A stretch of 64,000 nucleotides of DNA, taken from a virus. Position 1 is the first letter of the stretch, and each line of letters opens with the position of its first letter. The notes beneath the pieces are model-generated. The model searched no databases. It worked only from the letters and a program-made list of their open reading frames with translations, and was not told the origin of the DNA. The position numbers were made by a program, and so were the translations under genes. Shown in pieces: positions 26,899-35,234 of the stretch. Location: the IMG/VR virus record IMGVR_UViG_3300022777_000031, positions 10,204-74,203 of that record, one strand, 5' to 3'.

Positions 26899-27069
26899 AT
26901 GAAGACGTTCAAGATCGTGACGCCAATGTACAGCACCGCTCGCACGTACGAGGCCGAATACTCTGAAGTGCTTCCCGGCGGCGTTCTTCATCTTTACAAC
27001 ACGAACGAGAAGAACCAAATCAAGACGGTCGCTTACATCGGACCACCATACGACGCCAACGTTTCATAA
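26899..27069 (+). CDS. Hypothetical protein (56 aa, below the track cut-off)
   Basis: MKTFKIVTPMYSTARTYEAEYSEVLPGGVLHLYN...; fills the gap between flanking genes. Confidence 0.5.
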   Translation: MKTFKIVTPMYSTARTYEAEYSEVLPGGVLHLYNTNEKNQIKTVAYIGPPYDANVS

Positions 27070-27076
27070 CAAAGTT

Positions 27077-27277
27077 ATGGAAGCTTTCTTTTCTGCGATA
27101 GGAGCAATCCTTTTTCTGACCATTTCGTTCGGGTTTTACTTCATTCCGACTATTGTCGCCGTGATGAGAGATCATGACAACATGGCGCCAATCATTATCA
27201 TCAACGCATTTTTGGGCGTCACGGGAGTCGGTTGGGTAATAGCGCTTGCTTGGGCGTTTACGAACCAGAGTTCATAG
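27077..27277 (+). CDS. imm: Superinfection immunity membrane protein (T4 Imm-like)
   Basis: YFIPTIVA..R.H.N...IIINAFLG.TGVGWVIALAWA. Confidence 0.85.
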   Translation: MEAFFSAIGAILFLTISFGFYFIPTIVAVMRDHDNMAPIIIINAFLGVTGVGWVIALAWAFTNQSS

Positions 27278-27353
27278 GGTGTTCACGAAACAATCTTCGG
27301 TTGGCTGTGGTTCAACTACTGCATTGTAAGAAGAACCAACCAACCGACTTGCC

Positions 27354-28292
27354 ATGAAAGATTTCGGTACGTATTATGGCGTCGCGAAAGGCGGAGCCGT
27401 CGTGAACTCTTACGGAAAGCCTGCTCCAGGCGGCCCTTCGGACTGGCGCGTTACAAGTGAAAATCGAATCTCCGATCCGGTTGCTGGCCACTCCAATGCC
27501 AGCACGAACTACGACTGGATGCGGAAGAACTTGATGGAGACTCGCGACCACGAGTTTGTGCGCGTGGACTTCGCCATCGATCCGGTTGACTTTTCTCGCC
27601 TTTCTGACGAAACGCTCAAGGCTGAGAGAAAAAAGGCAGCCGATAAGCTCAAAGATGAAGAGCGGGAAGCCGTTGAGCGGAGAACAGGGATGAACCTTTC
27701 CCGCATCAAGATTGACAACTCGGTCTTTGATGCTCCCGATGGCTACAAGTTCTACGGCATCGCCCTCTACGACTTCGACGAAGAAACTTTCCTTTCGTCC
27801 AGCGGCGAAGAGAAGTCAAGCTGGAGAAAGGGCGGCGTTCTCAAGCGACCGAACAGAAACTCCAGCGGACTCCGGGTGTTTCCTTCCGACGCACGCAAGC
27901 TCCTGGACTTGGCCGAAGAGAAAGAGGGTCGCCGAGTCGTGAAGTTCTTGGCGAAGGTTGAATCGGCCGATCCCGAAGAGCTTGAAGAAAACGCAGAAGA
28001 AGGGCGGCTCAACTCCGCAAAAGAGAAGCTGGATGACGGAGAGCTTGAGGCGCTTGGCCTTTCACGGGAAGAAGAAACGGTGGACGACGGCACGGCGAAT
28101 GAGTGCCGGTACGACGAGCCGTGGCAGGGAGAATGTGGAAAGCCCACGGTTTCGGGTAGCGACTTCTGTGAAGAACATCATGGCCGCCTGTGTCGAGTGT
28201 GCAAAGATCAGGCAACCAGAGGATGCCCCCACGCCGGATCGTTAGTTTGCGGCGCTCCACTTTGCGACGACCACAATCATTCTCACCACTGA
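27354..28292 (+). CDS. Hypothetical early protein with C-terminal Cys/His zinc-binding cluster
   Basis: C..CGK..FCEEH..C..C..C..C..LCDDH. Confidence 0.7.
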   Translation: MKDFGTYYGVAKGGAVVNSYGKPAPGGPSDWRVTSENRISDPVAGHSNASTNYDWMRKNLMETRDHEFVRVDFAIDPVDFSRLSDETLKAERKKAADKLKDEEREAVERRTGMNLSRIKIDNSVFDAPDGYKFYGIALYDFDEETFLSSSGEEKSSWRKGGVLKRPNRNSSGLRVFPSDARKLLDLAEEKEGRRVVKFLAKVESADPEELEENAEEGRLNSAKEKLDDGELEALGLSREEETVDDGTANECRYDEPWQGECGKPTVSGSDFCEEHHGRLCRVCKDQATRGCPHAGSLVCGAPLCDDHNHSHH

Positions 28293-28294
28293 AT

Positions 28295-28621
28295 ATGATT
28301 CAAGAACTCTTTCTTCAACTGGACGACGACTCCACGAGTCCATACAACATTCGAGCAACGGCGCAAATCGAACCGGGTCCGAAAGATCCCGAAGAGCTGT
28401 ACCGCATTCATAAAAACGTGTGGGCAAGCGGCCAGGACCTAAAGTTTGACGCCGTGTTCTACCCGAACCACGTTGAGATTCTTTCGGCTGAAGGTTCGGT
28501 GGAGATTGGGCGGTTCACTGACGACACGTATTCCCGATCTGAAGACCTCGAAAGATACCTCGACTCGCTTGAGCAGCAGATTCGCGAGGCAAACGAACAG
28601 CAGAGTATGAAGACTGTGTAA
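28295..28621 (+). CDS. Hypothetical protein
   Basis: MIQELFLQ start follows the previous stop. Confidence 0.6.
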   Translation: MIQELFLQLDDDSTSPYNIRATAQIEPGPKDPEELYRIHKNVWASGQDLKFDAVFYPNHVEILSAEGSVEIGRFTDDTYSRSEDLERYLDSLEQQIREANEQQSMKTV

Positions 28622-28657
28622 AGACCGTGGTGACTCGAAACTTTGAGTGCGCGTGCG

Positions 28658-28677
28658 CGTGTAAGCTACTGCATTAT
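28658..28677 (+). promoter_or_regulatory. Conserved early promoter motif CGTGTAAG-N4-TGCATTAT, copy 1
   Basis: Exact bipartite match, intergenic, followed by a CAACCAACC leader and ATG. Confidence 0.75.
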
Positions 28678-28703
28678 AATCGCGACCAACCAACCGACTC
28701 GCC

Positions 28704-29012
28704 ATGTCTGACGATAAGCAGTGGACCGAAGCCGAAATCAAAGCAAACCTTCGCAAGTACGACAAGTGGGTTGAGAAGGCGATTGTCGCGATCTACGACC
28801 TGCAAACGGAGTATGAGAAGCGTGCGCACGGCACGAATCGTGACAACAACGTAGGCTTCAACAAGGTCGACGCCGGTTTTCTGAGCGACCTTGCGGAGTC
28901 CTACAGAGAGTACGGCGGGCTCACTGAGGCTCAGATCGACGCCGGCCGTGACGCGATCATGAAGTATGCGGGGCAGTTGAAGATGTTGGCTAATGGAGAA
29001 CTTGAAAGTTGA
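28704..29012 (+). CDS. Hypothetical early phage protein
   Basis: 102 aa, downstream of the promoter motif. Confidence 0.7.
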   Translation: MSDDKQWTEAEIKANLRKYDKWVEKAIVAIYDLQTEYEKRAHGTNRDNNVGFNKVDAGFLSDLAESYREYGGLTEAQIDAGRDAIMKYAGQLKMLANGELES

Positions 29013-29020
29013 AGTTGATA

Positions 29021-29138
29021 TATAATAACAGAGCGGTAGGACGCTTATAGAATTATTAACACCCTGTGTACCTATGCGCTCGTCCTACCGCTCTGGTACA
29101 CAGGGTTTTTATATTGAAGCAAACTAAATAGTAGGACG
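29021..29138 (+). promoter_or_regulatory. Structured leader C (promoter, P1 helix, terminator, anti-RBS)
   Basis: TATAAT 29021-29026; CAGAGCGGTAGGACG 29029-29043 / CGTCCTACCGCTCTG 29081-29095; ACCCTGTGTACC 29061-29072 / GGTACACAGGGT 29095-29106 plus T tract; GTAGGACG repeated at 29131-29138 before ATG. Confidence 0.8.
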
Positions 29139-29918
29139 ATGGGTAAATTTTATGTGTATGGACTTTTTTATGAAGATGAAAATGAAGAAAGCGTATGTTT
29201 TTATGTTGGAAGCGGAACTGGAAATAGGAAAGAACGACATTTTAGAGAAGGGGTAATGAAACACTGTACAAACTCATACAAAGTTAACAAAATAAAGAAG
29301 CTCCGTAGAAACGGTAAAAAATTATACGGTAAAAAACTGGTTGAAAATTTAGGTGAAGATAAAGCAAGAAAGTTAGAGCAAAAGCTACTTGATAGAGACG
29401 AAGTTTTTAATAACACCACAAACCTAAACAGAGCAGCAACTGGCTTTTCTGGAAAAAATCACCCGACTAACGGTGGAATGTCTGAAAGCCATAAAAAGGC
29501 TTTAAGTGAGTCTTTAACAGGAAGAACTCTTTCTAAAGAACATAAATTAGCACTATCTGAAGCGTTGAAGGGACACGAAGCTAGTGAAGAAGAGAAAGAA
29601 AGAATTAGGCAATCGCAACTTGGAGATAAAAACAACGCCAAAGACCCCGAAGTAAGAGAAAAAATAAGTGAAACTTTAAAAGGAGAAGATGTGGGAAGTG
29701 ACAACCCCCAAGCAAAATTTAATCGGAAACAGATAAAAGAAATACGGCGGCTATGGAACAACGAAAAATGGAAGCAGTATAACATAGCCGAAAAATATGA
29801 TTGTTCGCAACGGACGATAAGCAAAATTGTACGGAACATATCATATTGGGATGAAAATTATGAAAATAGGAGAGGAGAAACGATAACACACGACGAAATC
29901 AACGAGCGGCGGCGATAG
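29139..29918 (+). CDS. Free-standing GIY-YIG (LEM-3-like) homing endonuclease with NUMOD3 repeats
   Basis: FYVYGLFY..CFYVGSGTGNRKERH; MSESHKKALSESLTGRTLSKEHK; AT-rich. Confidence 0.85.
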   Translation: MGKFYVYGLFYEDENEESVCFYVGSGTGNRKERHFREGVMKHCTNSYKVNKIKKLRRNGKKLYGKKLVENLGEDKARKLEQKLLDRDEVFNNTTNLNRAATGFSGKNHPTNGGMSESHKKALSESLTGRTLSKEHKLALSEALKGHEASEEEKERIRQSQLGDKNNAKDPEVREKISETLKGEDVGSDNPQAKFNRKQIKEIRRLWNNEKWKQYNIAEKYDCSQRTISKIVRNISYWDENYENRRGETITHDEINERRR

Positions 29919-29930
29919 CTAAAAGTGGAG

Positions 29931-29967
29931 GAAAAGGCGGTCGTCGCAACCTGCGGCGGCCGTTTTC
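29931..29967. terminator. Intrinsic terminator-like hairpin
   Basis: GAAAAGGCGGTCGTCGC-AACCT-GCGGCGGCCGTTTTC. Confidence 0.55.
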
Positions 29968-29992
29968 TGTACGTACAGAAAAACCATCAAGG

Positions 29993-30187
29993 ATGTTTGA
30001 CGGACTTATTAGAGACGCGATCATGGCACTGGTAGCGGCGATGCTACTGACGGTTGCTTCAACTGGCGCAAGTTCAATGCTTTCGAGTGTTGGATTGGGC
30101 GCGACTCTGTCCACACTTCTTTCAGTATTCCTTTCAACACTTCTTGTATTTGGATTTGGCTTTCTTGTAATCACATACACAACATGA
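29993..30187 (+). CDS. Small membrane protein
   Basis: Two hydrophobic segments. Confidence 0.55.
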   Translation: MFDGLIRDAIMALVAAMLLTVASTGASSMLSSVGLGATLSTLLSVFLSTLLVFGFGFLVITYTT

Positions 30188-31647
30188 TAAGTTACGACGA
30201 CGTTTATATTCAACCTCGACATTCGGGCGTTGAGTCGCGAGACGACGTATCTTTGGAAACTCAGTTCACCCGCAACCACCGAATCGGATGTCCGGTTGTC
30301 GCTAGCCCGATGGACACGGTGGTTGACGCAGAAATGATCCAGGCGCTCGACGACGAAGGCGCAACGGGTATCATGCACCGCTTCGGAAGCGACGAATACG
30401 AAAACCAAATTTCGCTTCAAGTTGGGGTTATGGCGGAAGTTACCGACGTTGAGCCAACAATCAACGGTCCAGCTTGTGCTTCGATAGGAGCAACTGGAAA
30501 TTTTGCGGCAAATGCGAGAAACCTTTGGGAATTTGGCGCTGACGTGATTCTCGTCGACGTTGCGCACGGCGACCACGACCTCGTGAAACAGGCGCTCTAT
30601 ACGCTTCAAAAAGAAGTGTATCAACTTGGAGACGTGGAGTTTGACGTTATCGCTGGAAACGTGGCGACGGCGGAAGGCGCGTTCAACCTTGCGCAATGGG
30701 GAGCAGACGCAATCCGTGTCGGCATCGGAAATGGCTGCTTCACTGCCGATATGGGGGTGAAAACGACCGATGGATTAAAGAAAATCGTTGATGTTGAAGC
30801 TGGCGACGAAGTATTGACGCATCGAAACAGGTGGAAAGAAGTTATGGAAACCCGCCAGAAAAAACCTGAAGAAGACTTGATGGTTATTGACGGGATTGAA
30901 TGCACGCCGAACCACGAGTTTTACGTTGTTCACGAAGAAGACGTTGATGAAGTAAATGAAGAAAACATACACGAATACGCCGAGTGGGTGAGAGCCGACG
31001 AGCTTACAGAAAATCACTATCGGGTTGAAGATTCTTTTAAAACTGAAAAGATTAACTACATAGAACGGAAAGAAACAAGTGAAACGGTTTATGACCTTGA
31101 AGTAGAAGACGACCACTCTTATAATATAGAAGGCACAGTCGTTCATAATAGCGTTTGTAGCACCCGAGAAAAAACAGGAGTGGGGGTTGGGCAAATCACG
31201 GCGATTCGCCAAATCTCTCAGCACTTAGACGAGTATCATCCAAACGTTCCTGTAATCGCTGACGGTGGCATTCGTAAACCCGGTGATGCTGCAAAAGCGT
31301 TGGCGGCTGGCGCTGACACAGTGATGGTTGGATCGATTCTTTCAGGAACAGACGAAACGCCCGGTGAACTCAAAGCACGGGAAACAGATTGGCCAAACCG
31401 AGAGCTATACAAAGAGTATCGTGGAAGTGCCTCACAGGGCGTGAAAGGCTCGGACGACTACGTGGAAGGGGTGACACGCACGGTGCCTTATCGCGGCTCC
31501 GTGAAGCGGATTATAAGCGACCTCAAGGACGGCCTGCGCTCCAGCTTCTCTTACGTCGGCGCCCAAAACGTAGAAGAGTTTCAGGCAAAAGCAAATCTTG
31601 AAGAGGTTTCGGGTTCAACAGCTCAAATGGGACAGCCACATCACTGA
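30184..31647 (+). CDS. guaB: IMP dehydrogenase / GMP reductase family protein (no CBS domains) with a mini-intein
   Basis: [25 protein letters not shown]|[25 protein letters not shown]. Confidence 0.9.
   Translation: MISYDDVYIQPRHSGVESRDDVSLETQFTRNHRIGCPVVASPMDTVVDAEMIQALDDEGATGIMHRFGSDEYENQISLQVGVMAEVTDVEPTINGPACASIGATGNFAANARNLWEFGADVILVDVAHGDHDLVKQALYTLQKEVYQLGDVEFDVIAGNVATAEGAFNLAQWGADAIRVGIGNGCFTADMGVKTTDGLKKIVDVEAGDEVLTHRNRWKEVMETRQKKPEEDLMVIDGIECTPNHEFYVVHEEDVDEVNEENIHEYAEWVRADELTENHYRVEDSFKTEKINYIERKETSETVYDLEVEDDHSYNIEGTVVHNSVCSTREKTGVGVGQITAIRQISQHLDEYHPNVPVIADGGIRKPGDAAKALAAGADTVMVGSILSGTDETPGELKARETDWPNRELYKEYRGSASQGVKGSDDYVEGVTRTVPYRGSVKRIISDLKDGLRSSFSYVGAQNVEEFQAKANLEEVSGSTAQMGQPHH
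30736..31149 (+). mobile_element. Mini-intein (138 aa, no endonuclease) two residues before the catalytic Cys
   Basis: GIGNG|CFTADM...ECTPNHEF...[16 protein letters not shown]|SVC. Confidence 0.9.
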
Positions 31648-31650
31648 TAT

Positions 31651-31833
31651 ATGATTAACGACGGAGTAGCTTGGTTGCATAGCGACGAAGACGAACGGTG
31701 GAATGTGAATGTCGAATGTAAGGTCGGTGGGTTTGCTATGCCCTCGCCTTTGGAAGAGAAGTTCGAAGAGCTGAAAGAGGAAATAGAAGAAGAACCTCCT
31801 GACGATCTTGAATGGCATTACATGAAAGAATGA
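31651..31833 (+). CDS. Hypothetical protein
   Basis: 60-aa acidic ORF, coupled to the next gene. Confidence 0.45.
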   Translation: MINDGVAWLHSDEDERWNVNVECKVGGFAMPSPLEEKFEELKEEIEEEPPDDLEWHYMKE

Positions 31834-32066
31834 AACTCTTCGCGAAGCACGAAACGGACTTTATAACCAGGCAACTCGAAAACTCCGATCGGCAAACGTA
31901 TCACATCAACAGCAAAGATAAAGACAGGAAAGTATACGCGTTTTCTTCAATCCGAATGGGCTGTAAGGTTCCGGACGACGTAACGGAAGATGATTATTTG
32001 TTCGGACCGCAGAGAAAGTATCGCAACCACTCTACGGAGCGAAAATCTCACAACTGGGAGCTTTGA
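31830..32066 (+). CDS. Hypothetical protein, LxxHExxY/F family
   Basis: MKLFAKHETDFITRQ. Confidence 0.55.
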   Translation: MKLFAKHETDFITRQLENSDRQTYHINSKDKDRKVYAFSSIRMGCKVPDDVTEDDYLFGPQRKYRNHSTERKSHNWEL

Positions 32067-32107
32067 CAAATCTTCATATTCTTGTCGGAACGACTACGGA
32101 TTGTGCG

Positions 32108-32127
32108 CGTGTAAGCTTGTGCATTAT
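32108..32127 (+). promoter_or_regulatory. Early promoter motif, copy 2
   Basis: CGTGTAAG CTTG TGCATTAT. Confidence 0.75.
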
Positions 32128-32152
32128 CAGACGGACTCAAGCACAGATAATC

Positions 32153-32389
32153 ATGGACACGACCACAGACGGCTACGCAATCTTCATCGGAACCACACTT
32201 CATTACGTTTCCACTGCCAACAGCCGTGACGCCGCGTACTCCGAGTATGCGCAAGAGGTTGGCTTTGACCGAAGCGTATATCCAATGGGCCGCGACGACG
32301 TCGGCTTCCACTACATTCCCGCAACTGAAATGGACGAGTGGGAGGACGCAACCGCAAACGATTATCCAACAGTCAATCACCCGCTTTAA
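32153..32389 (+). CDS. Small acidic early protein (paralog of 34449)
   Basis: MDTTTDGYAIF..YVSTANSRDAAYSEYA..FHYIPATEMDEWED. Confidence 0.75.
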   Translation: MDTTTDGYAIFIGTTLHYVSTANSRDAAYSEYAQEVGFDRSVYPMGRDDVGFHYIPATEMDEWEDATANDYPTVNHPL

Positions 32390-32395
32390 CAAGCT

Positions 32396-32977
32396 ATGGG
32401 ACTCAAGTTCAACGGATACAAGGTAGCCAAAGAAGATCTTTGGGAAGCGGTCGATGAGATTCGCGACCTCTACTATGAGAAGCACGGGGCGACTGAGGCT
32501 GTACGTGAACTGGTCGAAACGTTTATCGAGAATCCGGAGGACTTTAACCACGACTCCGCAAATGTTCTCGAAAAGATGTCGGAGTTTGAAAACGTTTTCG
32601 CGAGTCGTGCGACACACCGGGAAGAATATAAGCGGGAAAAGCTCGCGCAACTTCAAGTCTACGACTTCGACGAAGACTCCTACGTGTTTCGCGTCATCGA
32701 GCCCGGATACTTCTTCGATAATGTCATTGCCGAACACTTGGGCGGGAACCACATGGGCGACCCGGGACTTCTCGATCCATTTTGGTACAGCGGAACGACG
32801 ATGGAAGGGCACGGAGAGCGCGCTAAAGAGCAAGTAGAGGAAGTCGCAGAGCTTCAAGAACAGAGGCGGTACTTTCTTATTTCCGTGCTTGAAGTCGACG
32901 ACATGTCGGACGTGTACTTTCAGGAGAAGAGGGAGGATCTCGCGAAAGCTAGAAAAAAGCATCGAAATGATGATTGA
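32396..32977 (+). CDS. Hypothetical protein
   Basis: 193-aa acidic ORF. Confidence 0.7.
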   Translation: MGLKFNGYKVAKEDLWEAVDEIRDLYYEKHGATEAVRELVETFIENPEDFNHDSANVLEKMSEFENVFASRATHREEYKREKLAQLQVYDFDEDSYVFRVIEPGYFFDNVIAEHLGGNHMGDPGLLDPFWYSGTTMEGHGERAKEQVEEVAELQEQRRYFLISVLEVDDMSDVYFQEKREDLAKARKKHRNDD

Positions 32978-33010
32978 CAAAGAACGACGCACATACATCA
33001 CACCAACGAT

Positions 33011-33460
33011 ATGAGCAAAAATAAGCACGACCATCTACGCGACCTCGAAGAAGAGATTGCCAGCAAGCGAAAGCAGCCGATTTACTCGGCTGAAGAAAAG
33101 AAGAAGTTGGAAGAAGCTGAGCGGCTTGTCGCCCGTGCCGCTGAAATCGCGGAGCAGTCCAAAATCGACGATGAAGACGGTCCTCTTCGGCTGTTTGAAG
33201 ACCAAGCCGCCGCTGAACTTCACGGCAATGACCTTGGACTAACGCTTACAGAGTTTGAGTTGCTTTCTTTGCTCAAAAAACAAAGCCCAAAGACGTTCAC
33301 CCGAAGACAACTTCTCGACAAAGTTTTTCAAGACGCGATGATGGTCACGGAGCGCACAGTGGACGCGCACATCAAAAACCTGAAAGAGAAGCTTGGGCGC
33401 TACAAAGACCGCATTCAAACTGTTCGTGGAGTTGGATACAGATACAGAAACGAAACATGA
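33011..33460 (+). CDS. Stand-alone OmpR/PhoB-type winged-helix DNA-binding domain protein (no receiver domain)
   Basis: LTLTEFELLSLL..TFTRRQLLDKVF..TERTVDAHIKNLKEKL..IQTVRGVGYR. Confidence 0.85.
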   Translation: MSKNKHDHLRDLEEEIASKRKQPIYSAEEKKKLEEAERLVARAAEIAEQSKIDDEDGPLRLFEDQAAAELHGNDLGLTLTEFELLSLLKKQSPKTFTRRQLLDKVFQDAMMVTERTVDAHIKNLKEKLGRYKDRIQTVRGVGYRYRNET

Positions 33461-33636
33461 TTATACCTCTTCTTTCAGGTATTGCTGTAGGACTCATTTT
33501 TACGGTTCTCGGCACATTGTTTTATGCCAGTGATGAAGACGGTCTTTACCCGTCAGAAAAAGAAGCAATTGTGTCTGGGCTGCAGGGAACTGCAATCGGT
33601 ACAGTTGTTCTTTTTCTGATTTTGTTGTTCTACTAA
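33457..33636 (+). CDS. Small membrane protein (59 aa)
   Basis: ATGA-coupled; two hydrophobic helices. Confidence 0.55.
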   Translation: MIIPLLSGIAVGLIFTVLGTLFYASDEDGLYPSEKEAIVSGLQGTAIGTVVLFLILLFY

Positions 33637-33640
33637 GTAT

Positions 33641-34114
33641 ATGAAAAAGGTTGAACAGACCAGCCGTTTTGATGGACCGTCCGAACAACCCGGAGACTGC
33701 ATGAGAGCGAGTTGGGCTTCGGTACTCGAAGTCGACATTGACGAGCTACCGAAGTGGCACACTGGAGATCCTTGGCTGACGTATTGGCGGAACTTTCACG
33801 TATTCATTCGGTTGAAAGGATACAAGATGAAGAAGTGGGAGAGGAGGCCGCCACTTGGGAAGGTTCCGTTTGACTCGTTTGTCGCGACCGGCCCGAGCCC
33901 ACGAGTTGACGGAGGAAGCCCGAAGCATTGTGTCGTATACGATTGGCACGGGTTTCAGTGGGACCCTTATCCCGGCGCAAAAGGACTTGACGCCGACCCC
34001 GACTTTTACGAATGGCTTGAGCACTGGGAACCGACATTTGAGCAAACCGATGAATGGAAATGGGGTGGGACACTTGGAAATGAACGCAGAGTTCCACCGA
34101 ACAAAATCATATGA
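33641..34114 (+). CDS. Hypothetical protein (GDC..A..AS..E / HCVVY motifs)
   Basis: 157 aa; possible Cys-His peptidase-like dyad, unverified. Confidence 0.65.
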   Translation: MKKVEQTSRFDGPSEQPGDCMRASWASVLEVDIDELPKWHTGDPWLTYWRNFHVFIRLKGYKMKKWERRPPLGKVPFDSFVATGPSPRVDGGSPKHCVVYDWHGFQWDPYPGAKGLDADPDFYEWLEHWEPTFEQTDEWKWGGTLGNERRVPPNKII

Positions 34115-34150
34115 TTTTGAATCAAATCTTCCACACTTTTACATACACGT

Positions 34151-34369
34151 ATGATTGAGTATATCGGATTATTCCTTGCAGGATTTGTTTTGATTGGAGG
34201 GTTCATATATCTTGGAGTAATGGCTAATCATTTTCAAAATAAATCAATGAGGCCGGGCGGAGGAATTTTCTTCATTGTTTATCTGTTCGCGAGTGCTTTT
34301 TTGTTTTTGGGAATAGAAGCACTTATCGTTTTAATCAACTACTTCACGGGATTCGCCGTGCTTTTGTGA
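34151..34369 (+). CDS. Small membrane protein
   Basis: Two transmembrane segments. Confidence 0.55.
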   Translation: MIEYIGLFLAGFVLIGGFIYLGVMANHFQNKSMRPGGGIFFIVYLFASAFLFLGIEALIVLINYFTGFAVLL

Positions 34370-34399
34370 ATTGAAGAAGAAACACCGGAATGTTGTGCC

Positions 34400-34419
34400 C
34401 GTGTAAGCTCTTGCATTAT
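34400..34419 (+). promoter_or_regulatory. Early promoter motif, copy 3
   Basis: CGTGTAAG CTCT TGCATTAT. Confidence 0.75.
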
Positions 34420-34448
34420 CAGACGAACCCAACCAACACATTACAACA

Positions 34449-34673
34449 ATGAACACGAACACAGACGGCTACGCAATTTTCGCCAATACCACACTCCAAT
34501 ATGTGTCAACGGCCAACACTCGCGATGGCGCATATGCCGAGTATGCGGAAGATGTTGGGTTTGATCGGAACATGTATCCGATGGATTCTGACAACGTGTT
34601 TTTTCACTATATTCCGGCGACCGAAATGGAAGAGTGGGAAGATGCTGACGCTTATAATCACCCAACAGTATAA
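34449..34673 (+). CDS. Small acidic early protein (paralog of 32153)
   Basis: MNTNTDGYAIF..YVSTANTRDGAYAEYA..FHYIPATEMEEWED. Confidence 0.75.
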   Translation: MNTNTDGYAIFANTTLQYVSTANTRDGAYAEYAEDVGFDRNMYPMDSDNVFFHYIPATEMEEWEDADAYNHPTV

Positions 34674-34684
34674 TATCGCAGTAA

Positions 34685-34798
34685 ATGATTGAAGTCGAGC
34701 AGACCAGCCTTCTCGACGGGCCAAAAGACCGCCCGGGAGATTGTATGTGCGCCGCTTGGGCATCGGTGCTTGAAGTCCAGTCGGAAGACTTGCTGTGA
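34685..34798 (+). pseudogene. Truncated paralog of 33641
   Basis: MIEVEQTSLLDGPKDRPGDCMCAAWASVLEVQSEDLL* versus MKKVEQTSRFDGPSEQPGDCMRASWASVLEVDIDEL. Confidence 0.75.
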
Positions 34799-34931
34799 AT
34801 GTGAAGTGCAGCGAATGCGGAGAGAAATACAACGTCATGCCGTTTGGGGACGGTACTCCGGTTGCTACGCCACTCACTCGAAGAGAGATTGTGAAACTTC
34901 TATAAAGACGGAAACAATGGTCCCACGCGCC

Positions 34932-34951
34932 CGTGTAAGTCCATGCATTAT
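34932..34951 (+). promoter_or_regulatory. Early promoter motif, copy 4
   Basis: CGTGTAAG TCCA TGCATTAT. Confidence 0.75.
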
Positions 34952-34976
34952 CAAGGCAACCAACCGACCGAAGCCC

Positions 34977-35231
34977 ATGATGAGCCGCAACGACAAAACG
35001 ATTCACGAAGAGGCGAAGCGGGACAAAGAGGACACGGGACGAGTTCTGATTTACGGTCCATTTGACTCAGATATAATTCCCGACACCAAGAGCCGAAAGC
35101 TCTATCGCCGTAAGGGAACGTGGATGGTTCGTTGCCGTGGGTTCTGGTGCGAGCTGACGGGCGTGAAGGTGCAAACCGAAGATCCCCGTATCGTCGTTTT
35201 CGATACCGAAGCACGAGACAGTTACCGATAA
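34977..35231 (+). CDS. Hypothetical early protein
   Basis: Start after the promoter and CAACC leader; the track's longer 5' extension is spurious. Confidence 0.6.
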   Translation: MMSRNDKTIHEEAKRDKEDTGRVLIYGPFDSDIIPDTKSRKLYRRKGTWMVRCRGFWCELTGVKVQTEDPRIVVFDTEARDSYR

Positions 35232-35234
35232 GTT

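Noticed and set aside
34689-34976. N-terminal extension of the 180-aa track ORF
   Set aside because: It spans a pseudogene stub and a promoter motif; the real start is at 34977.
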